Part shown: positions 1 to 13,090 of the stretch, piece by piece
Layout: the number at the start of each line of letters is the position of its first letter
Numbering within the stretch: position 1 is the stretch's first letter
Source: Heterostelium pallidum
Taxonomy: Eukaryota
Length of the DNA stretch: 64,000 bases
Direction: 5' to 3'
NCBI RefSeq assembly: GCF_000004825.1
Contig: NW_008805072.1
Coordinates: forward strand, 748,435-812,434
Translations under genes and position numbers: made by a program
Notes under the pieces: generated by a model
What the model was told of the DNA's origin: nothing
The model's input: only the letters and a program-made list of their open reading frames with translations
The model's database searches: none

Positions 1-634
1 GTCGATACATTATACATATCCCTTATATCTTTGGGTAGCATTAGAAATTCTTTTTTAAATGAAAATTCATATCTCTGATGTGTTTCATATAGAAATCTAT
101 TTTGTATTTCATTATTATTATTATTATTGTTGTTGTTGTTGGTTGTAGGTGATGATGAAACTGTTGCTGAAGTAGTTGATATATCTATTTCTTTATCTTT
201 ATCCTTCTCTTTATCTTTAAATTGAAGCGGTTGATTATCAGGTAAATATTTATAGTTTTCTCTTTCTTTTGCCTCTTTGACATCGATGGTCAATACGTCG
301 AATCTGTGTTTCGGAAAGTTATTTGCAAACTCTTCAACTATACAATCTGCCTATGTGTTATGTATTTTGATTGACGAGATAAAAGTGGTCAATGATCAAT
401 AGAACTTGCTGCAGCAAACCACATTCATTTTTATTACTACTCTCTCTCAAAAATTAAAAAAGTAGGTATGCATACCTTTCCAACATACTGTCTGTGCATC
501 ATCAATAGGGTTGCAAGGAAGATAGAAATGATAATCAAGCAAAACACTTCGAATAATAATCTAACCTTTGCTGTTGTCTTTTGATTCAGATATCGAATGA
601 AGTGGATATATCCAACTAAATATCCATCGTCCAT
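1..634 (-). CDS. Partial gene whose 3' part continues beyond the window start. It encodes a small hydrophobic protein of unrecognised family. Two exons lie in the window (634..476 and 350..1).
   Basis: ORF 437..634 (MDDGYLVGYIHFIRYLNQKTTAKVRLLFEVFCLIIISIFLATLLMMHRQYVGK) ends at a GTATGC donor. After a ...CACATAG acceptor the frame reopens at 350 (ADCIVEEFANNFPKHRFDVLTIDVKEAKERENYKYLPDNQ...poly-N) and runs off the window edge. Confidence 0.35.
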
Positions 635-1203
635 TCTTCATATTATTGTTTGTGTATAAATGTATTGTTAAAAATAAAAATAAAAGTAAATGTAAGATGT
701 GTTGATGATTTTGTTTGTTTTTTTTTCGTCGTACTTATAACTAAACTAACTATTTAAATACAAAAAATTATAATGTAACATTAAACATTTTAAATTTCAA
801 TGTTGCGGTTGTTGGTTGGTCTTTTTGATAATAGTTTTTTAATATAAACAAAAATGATATATTTATATGTATGAGAACATGAAAAGGTCGATTTCGAATT
901 CACCTTTTTTATTAAATGATTTTTTTTATTTATTTTTTTTAATGACAAAAATTGTTTTTTTTTTTTAATAGGAAACTCAAGTTTTATTTACTCTATGCAA
1001 GGGGTGTAGTACAATTTTTTATTATATATATAATAAAAGAATAACACAAAAAATATCAATGGTTGACATACCAACAAGATACTAATCAATTTTGTTTTTA
1101 TTTATTTTTGATGTCAGAGAGGGTTTGTGGTGTTGTTTTTGGTGTCAATGTTTTTGAATGATTTCTGTGTGTTTCCTAAAGGGATTGAATTGAATAGATT
1201 ATT

Positions 1204-1238
1204 GGTGTGTGTATGTGTGTGTGTGAGTTTGTGTGACA
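1204..1238. repeat. TG-rich simple repeat (GTGTGTGTATGTGTGTGTGTGAGTTTGTGTG)
   Basis: Seen directly in the AT-rich intergenic DNA upstream of the PP2C gene. Confidence 0.8.
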
Positions 1239-2809
1239 GTGTTTGATAGGTAGATTGTTCTATTTTTTTTTTTGAATATATATAATAAAATGAAGTGGTT
1301 TTGATTGATTAATCATTCACACACCACATATCACTCACACTGTCACCCTCTCAAAAACCAATTATAAATTTCCATACAATTAATTAAAATAAAAAAACAA
1401 CTTCACCAAAAATGATAATTATCAAACTTCTTACAATTTTCTGACTATACATCATTTTATATTTATAAATATATAATAGATAGATAAAGGATAGAAAAGA
1501 TAGAAACATTATAGTAGTGTAGTTCCAAATAAATACTACCATTTCCTTTAAAGATTCGATACTACAAATATTTTTTTATAGTTATTATAGAATAAAAAAT
1601 TTCCAATCATTATTTTAGATGTTTTTGTTTTTAATGTAGTTAAAAAAAAACAAATATTTATAGTTTTATTAAAAAAGAAAGGTATGCAAATCTCTATATT
1701 TCATTGACACTTTAATAACTCGACCTCTTTAATTCGACCTCTTTTGATTATTTTGTTTTAAAAAGGTCTATGAAAAAAATCAAACAAAAAAACTAATCAA
1801 CCTTACAAAATCATGGATTTTTAATGTATTTTTCTAATGTATTATTAATTTTTTAATTTTGGTTGTTGCAAGTTTAAAAAAATCAATTGTCTCTTTAATT
1901 TTTTTGATTAATCTTTTCAATTTATCTAACTATTACCACCTAACAAATAGTACACACAAAATTAAAAATCCTATCTAGATTAACCTTAATAGTTATTAAG
2001 GAAAAATTACTTTTTTAATCCTATTGGATTGATAGTTAGATAGAGTGTCTATTAAAAACAAACAAATAAATAATCAAACAAACTATCTTTACACCCCACA
2101 CTAATAAAATTAAAATCAAAAATAACCAAAATTAATCATCAGAATTTTTAACAAATAATTATTTTGTTGTTTAATAAATTAATTTAATAACTTTACACTC
2201 TGGTATCGCTTTGATATTGCTATTTAAATCATAATCGTTCAAATTGATAACAAACATGAAAACAAACAATCTAACCAACACCACCATTCATGTATACAGT
2301 CATCCAGTGCCCTAATAACTTGTTAGAATTATTGATTCCAATAGAGATCAATCTAAATTTTAACTTTTTCTCTCAGCTTTAACTCCTAATCCTCTTCATC
2401 ACCCAAATCATTGGTTAACAAACAACAGCAACAATCCATATTCATACAATTGTTACTTTGATTTTTTAATTCAATTTGATTTCCTTTGTTTTTTCAATCC
2501 TTTCTATATTTATGTTAAAATCCCTAAAGAACAAAAACTTTTCTAACATTTTTTTTAATAATTCTTTTCCAATCTAATTCATTTCCAAAGGATTTAAGCA
2601 TCAAATAATTATTTATATTATATATAACTACATCACTTTACCTACCCATCACCGATAAATATTTAAATAATTATCCATTTATTATTTATATATATTTAAA
2701 TTATTATATTATAATTATCTTTTTAATAAGTAATAATCAAACTTATTTATTTTTATTTATTTATTTATTTATTTATTTTTAGAATTGTTTTTACTTTTTT
2801 GGTTTTGGT

Positions 2810-4582
2810 GTGGCAATGAATATTATAAATTATTTTAGAAACACACAACAAGTGAATCAAATCTATTCGGTAAATAGTAGTGGGTATTTAAATAGTATAA
2901 ATGGAAAAGAACAACAATCACCTTCGGTTTCCTCTACTTCCTTGAATAGTAGTGGAACCAACAATAGTCCATACCAACAACAACCAAATCAACAACAAAT
3001 GGTGCCTACATTTACACCTTCACCCATTCTATATATGACACCAATGGCACCGATTGACTATGGTTATCCTGATGATATGCTCGACGATGGACGAAGCGAT
3101 AATCAACATCCACCATCACCTTCGAACCTCTCTTGTATGAACAGTCCGGTATTCAGTGACGATGGTACAGTTCCTGATGTTCTTATTAGCGATCTCGAAG
3201 TGATTTACGGTACCTCCACATTTCAGGGTACCAGAAGATACATGGAAGATAGACACAAGATTAAAACAGAATTGGATAACAATCCCTCGATTTCATTGTT
3301 TGGCGTGTTCGATGGGCATGGTGGTGACAAATGTGCCAACTTTGTCAAGAAACGAATCACTCAGATAACCAATAAATTTATTAAAGAGAATAAAACTTGT
3401 TACTCGAGTAAGAACACTGGCTCTGCAAAGTCGCCAGGCATGTATGAGAGTCCACACTGGAAGAAATCAAGTAGTCTCAGTCGAAACGAACAACAAAACG
3501 AGACTCAAAATCGTAGTGATCTACTACAGACTGCGCTATACAATACATTCATGACACTCGATAGTCGCTACAGTAAGAAGTATCGATCAAAGAACGAATC
3601 TGGAACCACGAGTCTTGTTGCGCTGTTGTCTACCCCACCCAATGCTCCACCTCTACTGGTAGTCGCCAATGCCGGTGACTCTAGAGGTGTTCTCTGTAGA
3701 AGTGGCAAAGCAGTTGCCTTGTCATTCGACCACAAACCAGGCAATCCCAAAGAGAAACAACGTATCACCACTTCTGGTGGCAAAATAGATTGGGATTACA
3801 ACGAAAGAATATGGAGAGTGGCCGGTATTCTCAGTGTTTCCAGAGGAATTGGTGATATTCCTTTGAAGAAATGGGTCATTCCCGATCCAGAGTTTGTAGT
3901 CATTCCACTCAAGGGTGTAACAAAGTGCTACAGTCGTAGCAATCGTGGCGGATCTCAAGGTTGCTCGCCCTCTAGAATGTTCTCCTCACCACTATCCTCT
4001 CGTAACTCTTCGCCATTCCGTGGAAGTCCAAAGAGAACTCAATCGTCGTTGCTATTCGGCAAGAATCGCACTTCCTCACCACAGGGATTCGGTTTGATGC
4101 CAACCGATGAAGACACACCAATGTCCATCAATAACTCTATGAGCGACAGTCCACAAGATTCACAAGTGGTTCCACCACCTCTTATACTAAACAATATCAA
4201 AATACACCAACAACCAGCGAGCAAACGTTACAGTCAACAATTCAATAGCATCAGTAGTTTCAGCAACAGATCGAGCTCACTGAGAAAAATGAATTACAAT
4301 CCACTCTCATCGTCACTGGGTGCAGGCAATGTCAATCAAATGACAACCCCAGCGCCACAAGAGATTGATCAATACTTTGTTTTGGCAACCGATGGTATTT
4401 GGGATGTGTTTAGCAATCAAGAGTTGGTAGACTACATCAACAAGCTGATAGAGGATTACTACGTATCGAAACAATTGGATTGGGATCCATATGACATTGC
4501 CAAACGTGTTTCAATGGAAGCATTTACTCGTGGAAGTGGTGATAATAGTACTGTCATCATTGTCAAATTAAATTGGAAATGA
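2810..4582 (+). CDS. Protein phosphatase 2C (PPM family) with long Ser/Asn/Gln-rich insertions. Apparently a single exon.
   Basis: Canonical PP2C motifs in the 590-aa ORF: ...FGVFDGHGG..., ...LLVVANAGDSRGVLC..., ...FDHKP..., ...YFVLATDGIWDV..., ...GSGDNSTVIIVKL at the C-terminus. Upstream is pure AT-rich intergenic DNA. Confidence 0.85.
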   Translation: MAMNIINYFRNTQQVNQIYSVNSSGYLNSINGKEQQSPSVSSTSLNSSGTNNSPYQQQPNQQQMVPTFTPSPILYMTPMAPIDYGYPDDMLDDGRSDNQHPPSPSNLSCMNSPVFSDDGTVPDVLISDLEVIYGTSTFQGTRRYMEDRHKIKTELDNNPSISLFGVFDGHGGDKCANFVKKRITQITNKFIKENKTCYSSKNTGSAKSPGMYESPHWKKSSSLSRNEQQNETQNRSDLLQTALYNTFMTLDSRYSKKYRSKNESGTTSLVALLSTPPNAPPLLVVANAGDSRGVLCRSGKAVALSFDHKPGNPKEKQRITTSGGKIDWDYNERIWRVAGILSVSRGIGDIPLKKWVIPDPEFVVIPLKGVTKCYSRSNRGGSQGCSPSRMFSSPLSSRNSSPFRGSPKRTQSSLLFGKNRTSSPQGFGLMPTDEDTPMSINNSMSDSPQDSQVVPPPLILNNIKIHQQPASKRYSQQFNSISSFSNRSSSLRKMNYNPLSSSLGAGNVNQMTTPAPQEIDQYFVLATDGIWDVFSNQELVDYINKLIEDYYVSKQLDWDPYDIAKRVSMEAFTRGSGDNSTVIIVKLNWK

Positions 4583-4705
4583 ATAAAAAACTAATTTATT
4601 TTTATAGAAAAAAAAAAAAGACTTTTTTTTCCAGACCAACAATTTTATTTAACTATTAATGAAATGGCGCGAAACGCATTTTATTAAATACAATGTAATC
4701 ATTAA

Positions 4706-4821
4706 TTAATTCATCGGTGTGTTATTTGGATTATTACTCTTTTGAACATTGGTTCTGTTGTTGTCAAATCTATTTCTATTTCTATTGTGATAGTTTCTAT
4801 TGTTATTATTGAATTGGTTTC

Positions 4822-4858
<37 letters not shown>

Positions 4859-5059
4859 TATGTTGTTATTGTTATTATTAATATTGTTATTAATATTCTG
4901 ATTCATTTGATAGTTATTTGGATTCGGTATTTGGTTGTTCATTTGATTAGGATAATTTTGGTTCATTTGGTAGTTCATAGGAATTGGATTCATTTGGTTA
5001 TTCATTTGGTTATTCATTTGATTAGGAAATGGATTTGGCTGTTGATTATTAGCATTATT

Positions 5060-5126
<67 letters not shown>

Positions 5127-7738
5127 CTCAACATATTAAACATAGCAGCGTTATTAATAATATTAGCTACAGCTTGATTGTTTGAGTTTTTCGGGTGAGA
5201 GCTGTTGTTATTGGGTCTTTGATGATATCTCGGATTGTTACTATTTCTACTATGATTATTGGGACTGTTATAATGCTTCATCTTCTTGACTGGTTGATTT
5301 GAATTAGCTGAATGATGTCTCTTGTTGGCACCATAGAGTGTTGGATTTCTAATGAAAATAAAGTTAGATATATAATTGAACAAAAACTTGATAATTAAAA
5401 ATTAACATACTTGGCCTCAGAGAAGAAATCAATATCACTCTTTGAAATGGAATGATCTTCTCTATGAACAGCGATGGACGGTTGGAACTGTAGTTGTGAA
5501 AGATGAAACACTGATAGTTTATCACTGTTTTTATCGACAATCGTTTTAATATGTTGTTTCAGCTCAACTAAGGAATTCTCTTCTTTCCATAGGTCTTCAT
5601 TCCGCTTATTGAAATGTTTTAGATCACTATAAATTGAATGAAAGACACTTGGTACTGTTGCCTTTGTCTTTATATAGATAAAAGATAATTATTAATTAAT
5701 AAACAAACAAAATTACTATGACTATTTAATAGATTTTTCTTACTCTATAATTTGAAAGTGCAATACAAAATTCGAGTGGTGTAAGTGGTTCATCTTGCTC
5801 GAGGAAATTGACATCCAACTGGATAGGACCGACACTTGGATCGACATGTGGCGCAGACTCGAATGGATAGTAGAATGAGTAACTCTCAACTTTGGTTGTG
5901 AGATAGTTGTGATGCCAGACGATTCCCTCGAGATAACGCTTCAATTTTAGTTTGTTATCGACCAAGTCTTTGACCTGCTGTGGTTTTCTCGCGAGTTTCT
6001 CTTTGATCATCGTACGATACTCCTCTGGCATCAAGAGCCAATTGTCTTTCCAAAGAGGATGATCCAAACTCAAGTAGGGTTTGAGTAGTGTTTCCTTCAA
6101 TGTCTTTGCCGAGGTTCCTACAGCCTGTAGATTCTGTCCACAAATCGATATCTCTACTTTCACCTCTGAATCGGTCAACTGAGTGGTTGTGCATTCCATC
6201 TTATATTGTTTCTTCAAGCAACCAGATAGCATTTGCAAACAAACATTGAGTGCTTCGACAACACCGATCACTCTTGGCTTCTTGCTGACGATCGGTGTAC
6301 TATTTCTATTGACAACCTTGAAAATACGATAGAAGAACTCCCAATTGATCGTATTGTCTTGTCTTTTGAACAATGGTTCCTTCGATTGATCATTTACATA
6401 CTCTTTCCAAGCGGTCTTTAACTTGAACGTACCAATCTTTGGGAGATAATCACTTCCATTAAACAATGATAGAAATACGAAATCAGATACAACATCATCT
6501 AAAATAATAGATTAAAAAAAAACAAATGATAATAATAATAATGTTAATACATTAATGATTATAAAAGTAGCAATAATGATAACTAAACTAATTTACCTTT
6601 GTTACGTGATGGTGCCTGTGATGCAATTGATTCTTTCAATATGTTTATGTTTGATAACATTCTAACGTTAAAAGGTGAAGCGATATTGATGCTCTTGGGT
6701 GATAGTAGTGAGTAGAGAAGAATGTCAGAGTCACAAGACACAACAACCAGTGGTCTTTGATCATGATTGAGTTGATTGATATGATGAAAAATCTTCCATT
6801 CTCCTTCTGCCTTTGAGTCGCTAGGCATTATGTATACTGTCTTGGTTGCAATGTTCTCAAAAAATATCATACTAGCTTCATCTCTCAACCTGTTTTTAAT
6901 TTCAAACATAAATGGTGAGCCTGGTGTCAGCATTGTAGAATCCAACTTGAATGGTGCATTTTGATCTTCATCAATTGATTGTATTGGTTGTTGAGAATTT
7001 GATTTTGTTGTAGTTGTTGTCGTTGTTGTTGTCGTTGTCGTCTTTGCTTTACTCTCTACATCCTTATCTTTATTCCATAAAATAACTTCACCTTCTACTT
7101 CATCTTCCTCTTCATCTTTATCTTTTTCTTTAACATCAATATTATCATCATCATCATCTTGATTCATTTCATCATCATCATCATCATCCTCTTCCTCATC
7201 ATCTTGTTCATCCAACTGATCATCATCATCATCCTCTTCCTCATCGCTTTCATCTACACCTCTGGCAGAACCATTTTTACTATCTTCATAATGTTGATCT
7301 CTCAGTTTCTTTAATGAACTCTAAAGCAATCAAATGTTTCAAGTTAGTTATGTAACACTAGCATGCTATCTTTTTTACTATGTATGTAAATTTACCAGTA
7401 ATCTTCTTCTTCTTTGTTCGAGTAACTTTGCTCTGGGTGCAGGTCCATCCATTGCCAAGAAATATTCACTCGTTTTAAACAATCTAGACATCATTTTAAA
7501 CTTGCGGAACACTTTACCAAAATATTCTGTTTTATAATTTAATAATTCAATAATTTGGTTTATAGTGAGAATAGGAATCAAATGAGATCATACCATTCTT
7601 TGTTGTACATTTTACACCATGTAACTGATTATTTACATCAATATATATTGAAGGATAATATATTTTAGGATGACCCCTAACTTGATGTCTATTACTAAAT
7701 AACTTTTCTATATCTTTATTTAATGATTGAATACCCAT
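4706..7738 (-). CDS. XRN-family 5'-3' exoribonuclease, Rat1/XRN2-like in size (about 850-900 aa). At least 6 exons, with a poly-Asp/Glu insertion and an Asn-rich C-terminal tail.
   Basis: Exon 1 (7738..7596) starts MGIQSLNKDIEKLF...YIDVNNQLHG, matching the XRN N-terminus MG(V/I)P.F and the LDMNGIIH motif. Exon 2 (phase 0) carries EYFLAMDGPAPRAKLLEQRRRR, i.e. the XRN AVDGVAPRAKMNQQRxRR motif. Exon 3 (..6583) has the acidic tract, then TPGSPFM (XRN TPGTxFM), AEGEWKI (GEGEHKI) and VVSCDSDILLYSL (GLDADLIML). Exon 4 (6466..5726; the ORF track shows only its M-start part) begins DDVVSDFVFLSLFNGSDYLPK (XRN FxGNDFLPHLP), then YYPFESAPHVDP (YYPYHYAPFASD) and PLTPLEFCIALSNY (PFEQLMxVLPAAS). Further exons lead into the 4706..5383 Asn/Gln-rich tail. 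All introns use GTAAAT/GTATGA/GTAAGA...AG. Confidence 0.7.
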
Positions 7739-7992
7739 ATTTAAATATATATATATATATATTACAATGATAATGATAGTAATAAATAAATAAATAAATT
7801 ATGCAAAAAACGGTCTCTTTCGTTTTTTCAAAAACACTTTTTAAAAAAACAAATTTTCTTTCCGTTTAAGAACACAAATAGCTTGAAACCGTTCGATGTT
7901 ATGAGAATTAATAAAGAATATTGACAATTGATAATGAGATTTGCTTAATAATGAACAAAGTCTCTTGTTTTGTTGAAAACAAAAAAATAATA

Positions 7993-7996
<4 letters not shown>

Positions 7997-8060
<64 letters not shown>
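7997..8060. repeat. (ATT)n microsatellite, about 21 units
   Basis: Perfect ATT trinucleotide run in the intergenic DNA between the XRN gene and eIF4A. Confidence 0.9.
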
Positions 8061-8061
<1 letters not shown>

Positions 8062-8145
8062 ATAAAATAATTAACTTAATTAAAAATAGCATAAATTATA
8101 TATTTATTTATAAATTAGACCAAACAATCAAAAAAATTAACTCGC

Positions 8146-9306
8146 TTATAAGAAGTCTGAAATGTTGTTTGGCATTTCTTGGATAAAGGTGTTGTAATGT
8201 GAGCAGAGATCTTGGATCTTTTCTTGTTCGTTTTGAGTGATAAAGTTGATGGCAACACCCTTACGACCGAAACGACCGGAACGACCGATTCTGTGAATAT
8301 AGTTTTCGAGGTTGAGTGGCAAATCGAAGTTGATAACCAAAGATACTTGTTGGACGTCAATACCACGAGCCAAAAGATCGGTGGTGATCAAGACACGGGT
8401 GGTACCGGAACGGAAAGATTGGAGGATACCATCACGATCCTTTTGGTCACCGTGAGTCGATGAGACGGTGAATTGTTGCTCGGTCATCTTGGTGGTCAAC
8501 CAGTCGACCTTTCTACGGGTGTTACAGAAGATAACGGATTGAGTGATGGAGAGTGTTTCGTAGAGATCAGTCAAGACGTCGAATTTACCTTGTTCGGCTG
8601 GACCGACGTTGACGTAGAATTGACGAATACCCTCGAGGGTGAGCTCGTCCTTCTTGACCAAGATCTTGACTGGTTCCTTCATGAATTTGTGGGTGATGCT
8701 CAAGGTTTCCTCAGTCATGGTGGCAGAGAAGAGACCGACTTGGATGTCCAATGGCAACAAACGGAAGATTTCGTAGATTTGGTCCTTGAAACCACGAGAC
8801 AACATCTCGTCGGCTTCGTCCAAGACAAAGATCTTGACAGACTCACGGGTGATGACACCACGGCTCAACATCTCGTAGACACGACCCGGGGTACCGACAA
8901 CGATGTGAACACCGTTTTGTAAGTTTTGGACGTCGTCACTGACACGAGTTCCACCAATACAGGCGTAACACTTGATCTTGAGGTACTCACCGAGTGAGGT
9001 TACGACCTTTTGGATTTGTTGGGCAAGCTCACGAGTTGGAGCAATGATGAGTGCTTGACACTTCATGAGATTGATATTGATTTGTGAAAGAATACCAATG
9101 GTGAAGGTGGCAGTCTTACCAGTACCAGATTGAGCTTGGGCAATAATATCGAGACCTTTAGCCAATGGCATAATAGCTCTTTGTTGGATGGCAGATGGCT
9201 TTTCGAAACCATATGAGTAAACTCCTCTAAGAAGATCCTTTGGGAGGTCCATAGCGTCGAATGAATCGATGACCTTGTCGTAGGTACTTTCGAACTCATC
9301 TTTCAT
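8146..9306 (-). CDS. eIF4A: Eukaryotic translation initiation factor 4A (DEAD-box helicase). A tiny 5' exon upstream of 9306 is possible.
   Basis: 386-aa ORF with all eIF4A/DEAD motifs: Q motif ...[13 protein letters not shown]..., Walker [25 protein letters not shown], Walker [31 protein letters not shown]. The N-terminal region [23 protein letters not shown] is typical of eIF4A. Immediately 5' of the ATG lies a TTATAG acceptor-like site, so a mini-exon 1 cannot be excluded. Confidence 0.9.
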   Translation of the reverse strand: MKDEFESTYDKVIDSFDAMDLPKDLLRGVYSYGFEKPSAIQQRAIMPLAKGLDIIAQAQSGTGKTATFTIGILSQININLMKCQALIIAPTRELAQQIQKVVTSLGEYLKIKCYACIGGTRVSDDVQNLQNGVHIVVGTPGRVYEMLSRGVITRESVKIFVLDEADEMLSRGFKDQIYEIFRLLPLDIQVGLFSATMTEETLSITHKFMKEPVKILVKKDELTLEGIRQFYVNVGPAEQGKFDVLTDLYETLSITQSVIFCNTRRKVDWLTTKMTEQQFTVSSTHGDQKDRDGILQSFRSGTTRVLITTDLLARGIDVQQVSLVINFDLPLNLENYIHRIGRSGRFGRKGVAINFITQNEQEKIQDLCSHYNTFIQEMPNNISDFL

Positions 9307-11132
9307 GAGTTGGTCATCTTTGAATTTGTTATCACTATAATTTGAATTTTTTATTAATATTTTTAATTTTTTATATTATTTATTTTGATAAAAAATTAAA
9401 TCTGTAACTATTTTACTACAAGAAAAAAATAAAATACTATTACTCCTGTAATTATAATTGTAGATTATTATTATTATTATTATTGCTTTTAAAAAAAAAA
9501 AGGATAGAAAAAAAAAAAAAATAAATTACTTTTTTTTTTTTTCCTTATTTTTAGAACCAAAAAGAATAGCTTTTTTAAAGGCTATTATTTGATTGATCAA
9601 TCTTCAACTATCAACTCCTATACAAAGTACTTTAATAAAATCATTTGATTCCGAAATAAAAAGTACCGTTGACTAGATTTGAAAGTAATGTCGCTGATTG
9701 ATAAAATCTAAGCTAATTTAATCTAACATGCTAAAAGCCCTGTAATTGCTATATATTAAACTGATTGATGATTTACGACTCCTACTACCCCTATTACTAC
9801 TACCGCTATTATTATTTTTCTATTGTAGATTATTTTTACTTTGCTTCTTTTGTACTATTGTTTATTATTTTATTTTTGTAGTAATGATAGTTATATTTAT
9901 ACTTATATAGGTAAATAAAACTTACGTTTGGGAAGACATTGTTTTGATTCTGTTTTTTTTTGTTTTCGAAATAAAATGTATGTGAGTATTTGAGAACTTA
10001 TTAGTTTTTTTTTTTTTTGTATTTAAATTATTTAAATTTTATTTTTATCGAACGACGACTAAAAAATTTTTTTTTATTTTTTTTTTATTTTTTTTAATGT
10101 GAACACATACACACAAGGATAGTGAGAAAAAAGTAGAAAAACGACCTCTTCTCAACCTCCATCTTTGTTTTTAGGAGTTGTTTTGTATATATGTGTGTGT
10201 TTATTTATGAGGATGTTGTTGTTTGTTGTTGTGATGTTTAGTGTGATATTTAGGTCAAAAAAATAAAAATAAAAATAAAACAAAAAAAAATCAATAGATA
10301 AACTAAGGGAATAGATAGACAATTATTATTGTTGTTGTTTGATTGGCTCGACCAAACCAAATTTGATGTTTCGTTTAGTTAATAATGTAGGAATTTAGGA
10401 ATATTGATGGAATTGTTATATTTTGTAATCATCCAACAACAAGAACAAATTATTATTATTAATCGTCGTTTCTTTAAAAAATTATCATGTAATTATAATA
10501 ACTCTTCATCGTCTATCTAAATCTAAACATTTATTGCAATAATTTACTGATCCATCTATCTATATCTATAAACATTATATGTATTTGTTGATGGTACATG
10601 TATAGATAAAAAAAAAAAAAAAAAAAAAAAAAATCTCTACTATTTTAAAATATGAAATGCATATTTAAACTTCAATTAAATTAAATATAGAACAACAAGA
10701 CAGACAAACTTATAATTATTATTATTATTATACTATTATATGATGTTTACCTTTTGAACTCGATAGTGCTGGTTAAGAACTTTCGTTTGTTTTATGTGAG
10801 CCTTAGTATTGACACACAGTGAGAGAATTGAAAAAAAAAAAAAATTGAAAAAAATTTTTCAAAAAAAAAAAAATACAAAAAATCACAAAAATAAAAATGA
10901 ATTTTTTTAGATAATGTCATTGTTCTTGCCGAAAATAAAAGCCCGCCTTACTCAGAAACCAACTCGCCACCAGTATCTCATATTTTATATCATAATAATA
11001 ATATTGTTAATTAATTACAAACGGGAATTGATTTAATTATATAAATACAATATTTATTATATTTTTTTTTTATTTTTTTTTTAAAAGTATTTTTATTTTT
11101 TTGATTTTCTACTTTTCTATTTTTAAAAGTTA

Positions 11133-12842
11133 CTAGTTGGATGATGGACCACCAGTGGTGATGGCATCACCAACACCGATACCACCAAAAAGATTTGAAA
11201 AAAGATCGTCGAGGTTCCAAGGTGGTAGTGGTGCGGGTACGGGTGGCATAAAGTTTTCGAGTTTTGTAAAGGTTTCGTAACGGAGTTGTCTTCCCTTGGA
11301 TGCTTTGTTGTTGGTTGGACGCTTCTTGTTCTTCTTCTTCAATGCTTGCATCTCCTTCCAGTATTGCGAACCAATCTCTTGTTCATTTGTACTTGTCTTT
11401 TCAATCTCTTTTAATAAAACTTGATAGAAATCTGTATCATCAAATATTTCATCGTCATATTCTTCAATCTTTTTATCATTACTATTATTATTATTATTTT
11501 GTTGTTGTTGTTGTTGTTGACCAAAAATTGTATATTGTGATCTCTTTAGACGTGTACGTTTATGTAGTCTTTCGATATCGTTCAATGTATTGTTGACTTG
11601 TGTCATTATGGATTGATTGATCGATTTGAGATTCTTTGATGATTTCGAACCGCCGCTGCCAGTGTTCACTGTGAGGTTGACACGGTTGTTCCACTTCTCG
11701 ATCGACTCACCGGCAAACTTGAAAAGACGAGTGTTCTGCTCCTCTATGTGTGTCCAAATATCACCGAGAGTATCAGATTCTCTGAGACGTTTGTTTGACT
11801 GTTGTTTGTGTTGCTGTATCTCAGAGTTTCTCGATACAAGTTCACTCTGCAGCGAGAACAAGTCGCCCAGCAACGACTTGGCCTCTCCGACAGCCTCTTC
11901 AAACTTGAGCTTAATCTCCTCGTCCTGAAGCAGCAGTTTGTGATCGACTGGTTTTGGAAGTCTATTGGCAATACCGATAGTCTTTTGTAAATGAATTCTA
12001 GTTGTCAGGAACTCATCGAACAGATCGGTTTGATTCTTTGTATTCTTTGCTTTCTCTAATTCCTCCAATGCTGAAATAGCTGAATTCTTACTAACTAATT
12101 TTGGTCTATAAAGCATTTAAATTCATTAGTATCTTTTCTCCTTGTATTAAATGTTATGTTATCTCTACATACTGTTCGGTATCTTCATCGTCATCTTGTT
12201 CATCACCTTCTTGTTCCAATTGTTTCATAAGAATATCTGCTTCATCAATTGTATTTGATGATAACTATAAATATCGAGAGAATGAATAAATGAATTTAAG
12301 GAGAATGAGAATTGATAAAGTAAGGTCTAATTAACAAAGGTGAATGGAAATACGTACAACTCTATCTTCAAATTCAAATGCATCGTCGATATCATCTTGA
12401 TTATCAACATCATCATCAAAATCTTCTTCTTCGTCTTCATCTTCTTCAAGATCGTTTTCTTTTCTAGATGATTTCTTTCCAGCGTATTTTCCAGTTGTAA
12501 AAGCTGATGGTATCTCACCTCTGATTCTAACATTTTGATTGCTAATAATAGAGAATAGTTACAGTTAGGATATATTAAATAATGTTATTACAATTTTTGA
12601 ATTGATAGTTACTTATCATCCATGATATCACCGAAATCTTCATCGGTTGGTTTATATAAACTAACATCACCAAACTCTGCACTTTCTGGATCGAATGACT
12701 TTGGTGCATTATCGCTTACTAATTGTGTGATCTCATCTGACAATGTTGTTGGTTTTGACCTTGTTTTGGTAGGAGCATCATTCTTCTTTTTAGCTGCCAC
12801 TGTTGAACCACCACTACTTTTCTTATTAGTTTTTCCAACCAT
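11133..12842 (-). CDS. AATF/Che-1/Bfr2-family protein (apoptosis-antagonizing transcription factor; rRNA processing). 4 exons.
   Basis: Exon 1 (12842..12609) is MVGKTNKKSSGG...EDFGDIMDDK. Exon 2 is acidic (DLEEDEDEEEDFDDDVDNQDD), followed by a GTACGT donor. Exon 3 is a short acidic piece. The large exon 4 (12116..11133) contains the AATF-Che1 region ...NQTDLFDEFLTTRIHLQKTIGIANRLPKP... and the C-terminal TRAUB motif EYDDEIFDDTDFYQVLLKEIEK...ETFTKLENF. Confidence 0.7.
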
Positions 12843-13090
12843 TCTTCTTATTTAACTAGCTATTCTTAATTTAAAAGAAAAACAAAAAAATAAAATAATT
12901 AAAGTAAGAATTTATGATTCGTTCGTTTTTCAATTTTGTTTGTGATTTAAATTTTTTTTATTTTTATTTTTCTTATTTTTTAAATTTGTTTTTTCAGTTA
13001 TATTAATGTTTATCAATGATTCTTATCATATTTATTGATATGATTTAGATTATATTTAGTTTGGTTTAGTTTATTTAAAATGTAATTTGA

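Noticed and set aside
3568-4224. Three minus-strand ORFs (71, 78 and 61 aa) inside the PP2C gene
   Set aside because: They are antisense and alternate frames of a strongly supported coding region, with no motifs. They arise because coding GC is balanced here.
4742-5185. 147-aa + strand ORF rich in Ile/Val
   Set aside because: It is the antisense reading of the (AAT)n/(AAC)n poly-Asn tail of the XRN-like gene, so a repeat artefact.
8212-8922. + strand ORFs of 83 and 149 aa
   Set aside because: They are antisense to eIF4A and Asp/Val/Thr-rich reverse-complement artefacts.
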